Part shown: positions 32,741 to 33,834 of the stretch, one piece after another | Numbering within the stretch: the first letter of the stretch is position 1 | How the letters are laid out: each line of letters opens with the position of its first letter | From: Octopus bimaculoides | Lineage: Eukaryota | DNA length: 33,834 bases | Direction of reading: 5' to 3' | Assembly (NCBI RefSeq): GCF_001194135.2 | Contig: NC_068986.1 | Span: 105,589,107-105,622,940, forward strand | Made by a program: the position numbers and the translations under genes | Notes under the pieces: model-generated | Seen by the model: only the letters and a program-made list of their open reading frames with translations | Told to the model about the DNA's origin: nothing | Databases searched by the model: none

Positions 32741-32930
32741 GTTCCTATGGAAGGGCGACGGGGCAATCCACCCCGGGCGACATTTTTGTGGGTACGGCAC
32801 TTTGGAATATGTTATAATAAGGCTGTAGGAAAGATGGAGCCCTAGGGGCCGCGAAATCAAGGGCTGTTCCAGGCGGCACGCACTCAAGCTTCTTCATCGC
32901 AGAAGTCATTATTAGTTGTGAAAAAGTGGA

Positions 32931-33385
32931 GAGCTGATAGAATCATAACCGTGCAGGTCAAAATGCTTAGCGACATTTTGTCCGTCTTTACGTTCTGAGT
33001 TCAAATCCCGCCGAAGTCGACTTTGCCTTTCATCCTTTCGGGGGTCTTCGAAAAGAGGTGCCAGTCGAACACTCAGGTCGAAATAATCGACAATTTGCCT
33101 CCTCCAAATTCAGGCCTTACATCTATAGCAAGAAAGGATTATTATTGTTTAGATGTATATAAGGGTAGCGGATTGACGAAATCGGTAGAGCGTCGAATAA
33201 AATATGTGGTGGTGTATATTTCGGCTTTTTACTTCGCAGAATTTGCGTTCTAAATATCTATTCAGAGTTCAAATCCCACCTTGATCAACAATGTTTTTCT
33301 TGCGTTTGGGCTCGATAGTATAAATTATCAGTGAGGTACTGGGAGGCCATGTTGTCGATTGATTTTCTCATCCAGTATTTGGGCT
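32931..33385 (+). mobile_element. Two tandem eroded SINE family C copies
   Basis: Copies at 32931-33130 (AAAATGCTTAGCGACATTTTGTCCGTCTTTACGTTCTGAGTTCAAATCCCGCCGAAGTCGAC) and about 33165-33385. Confidence 0.75.
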
Positions 33386-33519
33386 GTGTGTTTACGCTGG
33401 ACACAGTTATTCTATAAATGCACATGCACGCGTGAGAGTGGGGCAAGTGTATTGATGAAGAGAGAAAAAGATGAAGAAGAAGAAAAGCAAGTTGGGATAG
33501 GAGGGAACAAAGCTGAGTG

Positions 33520-33589
<70 letters not shown>

Positions 33590-33796
33590 GGGTTTAGATA
33601 TAGATTCAAGATTGAATATGGTACTTATGCGTAGGCACCAGAATATCGTATGGTATGGTATTATACATAAACCATTCCAAAAGGATAGGTGATCAAAATA
33701 TCAAAATAAGCAGCTCGCATTACTTAAATAAATGGAGTAGCATGAAATGTGCGTACTGCAATCATCTTTGAAATCCGTGTTGCTTATTTTGATTTT

Positions 33797-33830
<34 letters not shown>
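33520..33830. repeat. (GATA)n tracts at about 33520-33590 and 33798-33830
   Basis: Read directly. Confidence 0.95.
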
Positions 33831-33831
<1 letters not shown>

Positions 33832-33834
33832 ACA

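Noticed and set aside
32750-32900. GC-rich stretch resembling an eroded MITE with CCCCGGGCG-type subterminal motifs
   Set aside because: I could not define terminal inverted repeats or a TSD.
230-33609. Long ORFs rich in YI, HT, CV, YLSI or X
   Set aside because: They are translations of microsatellites or read through N gaps, and have no coding features.
1-33834. CRISPR array, operon or other prokaryotic defence system
   Set aside because: There are no constant-length repeats with unique spacers and no gene-dense regions. The sequence is clearly eukaryotic and repeat-rich.

Overview
AT-rich eukaryotic, non-genic (intronic or intergenic) DNA. It has 13 N-gaps (about 4.4 kb) and a very high load of (TA)n, (GT)n, (TACA)n and (GATA)n microsatellites. 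The repeat families look like those of an octopod cephalopod draft assembly; this is my inference from recognising the families, not a database result. I can support no intact protein-coding gene. Almost every ORF in the supplied track is a translation of a microsatellite or of an antisense SINE. The window is a mosaic of several tRNA-derived SINE families (my working labels: A, C, D, E, plus a headless family F), two RTE-like LINE remnants, a TTAA-flanked piggyBac-type MITE and a mariner remnant with a fold-back inversion. The most interesting signal is four unrelated type-I hammerhead ribozyme motifs of the minimal Penelope-like-element (PLE) kind, at about 3.64, 18.02, 19.54 and 20.5 kb. 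The 18.02 kb motif lies in one arm of a long palindromic element, and the opposite arm carries a deleted, presumably inactive copy. All alignments, folds and translations were done by eye, and eroded-repeat boundaries are approximate.
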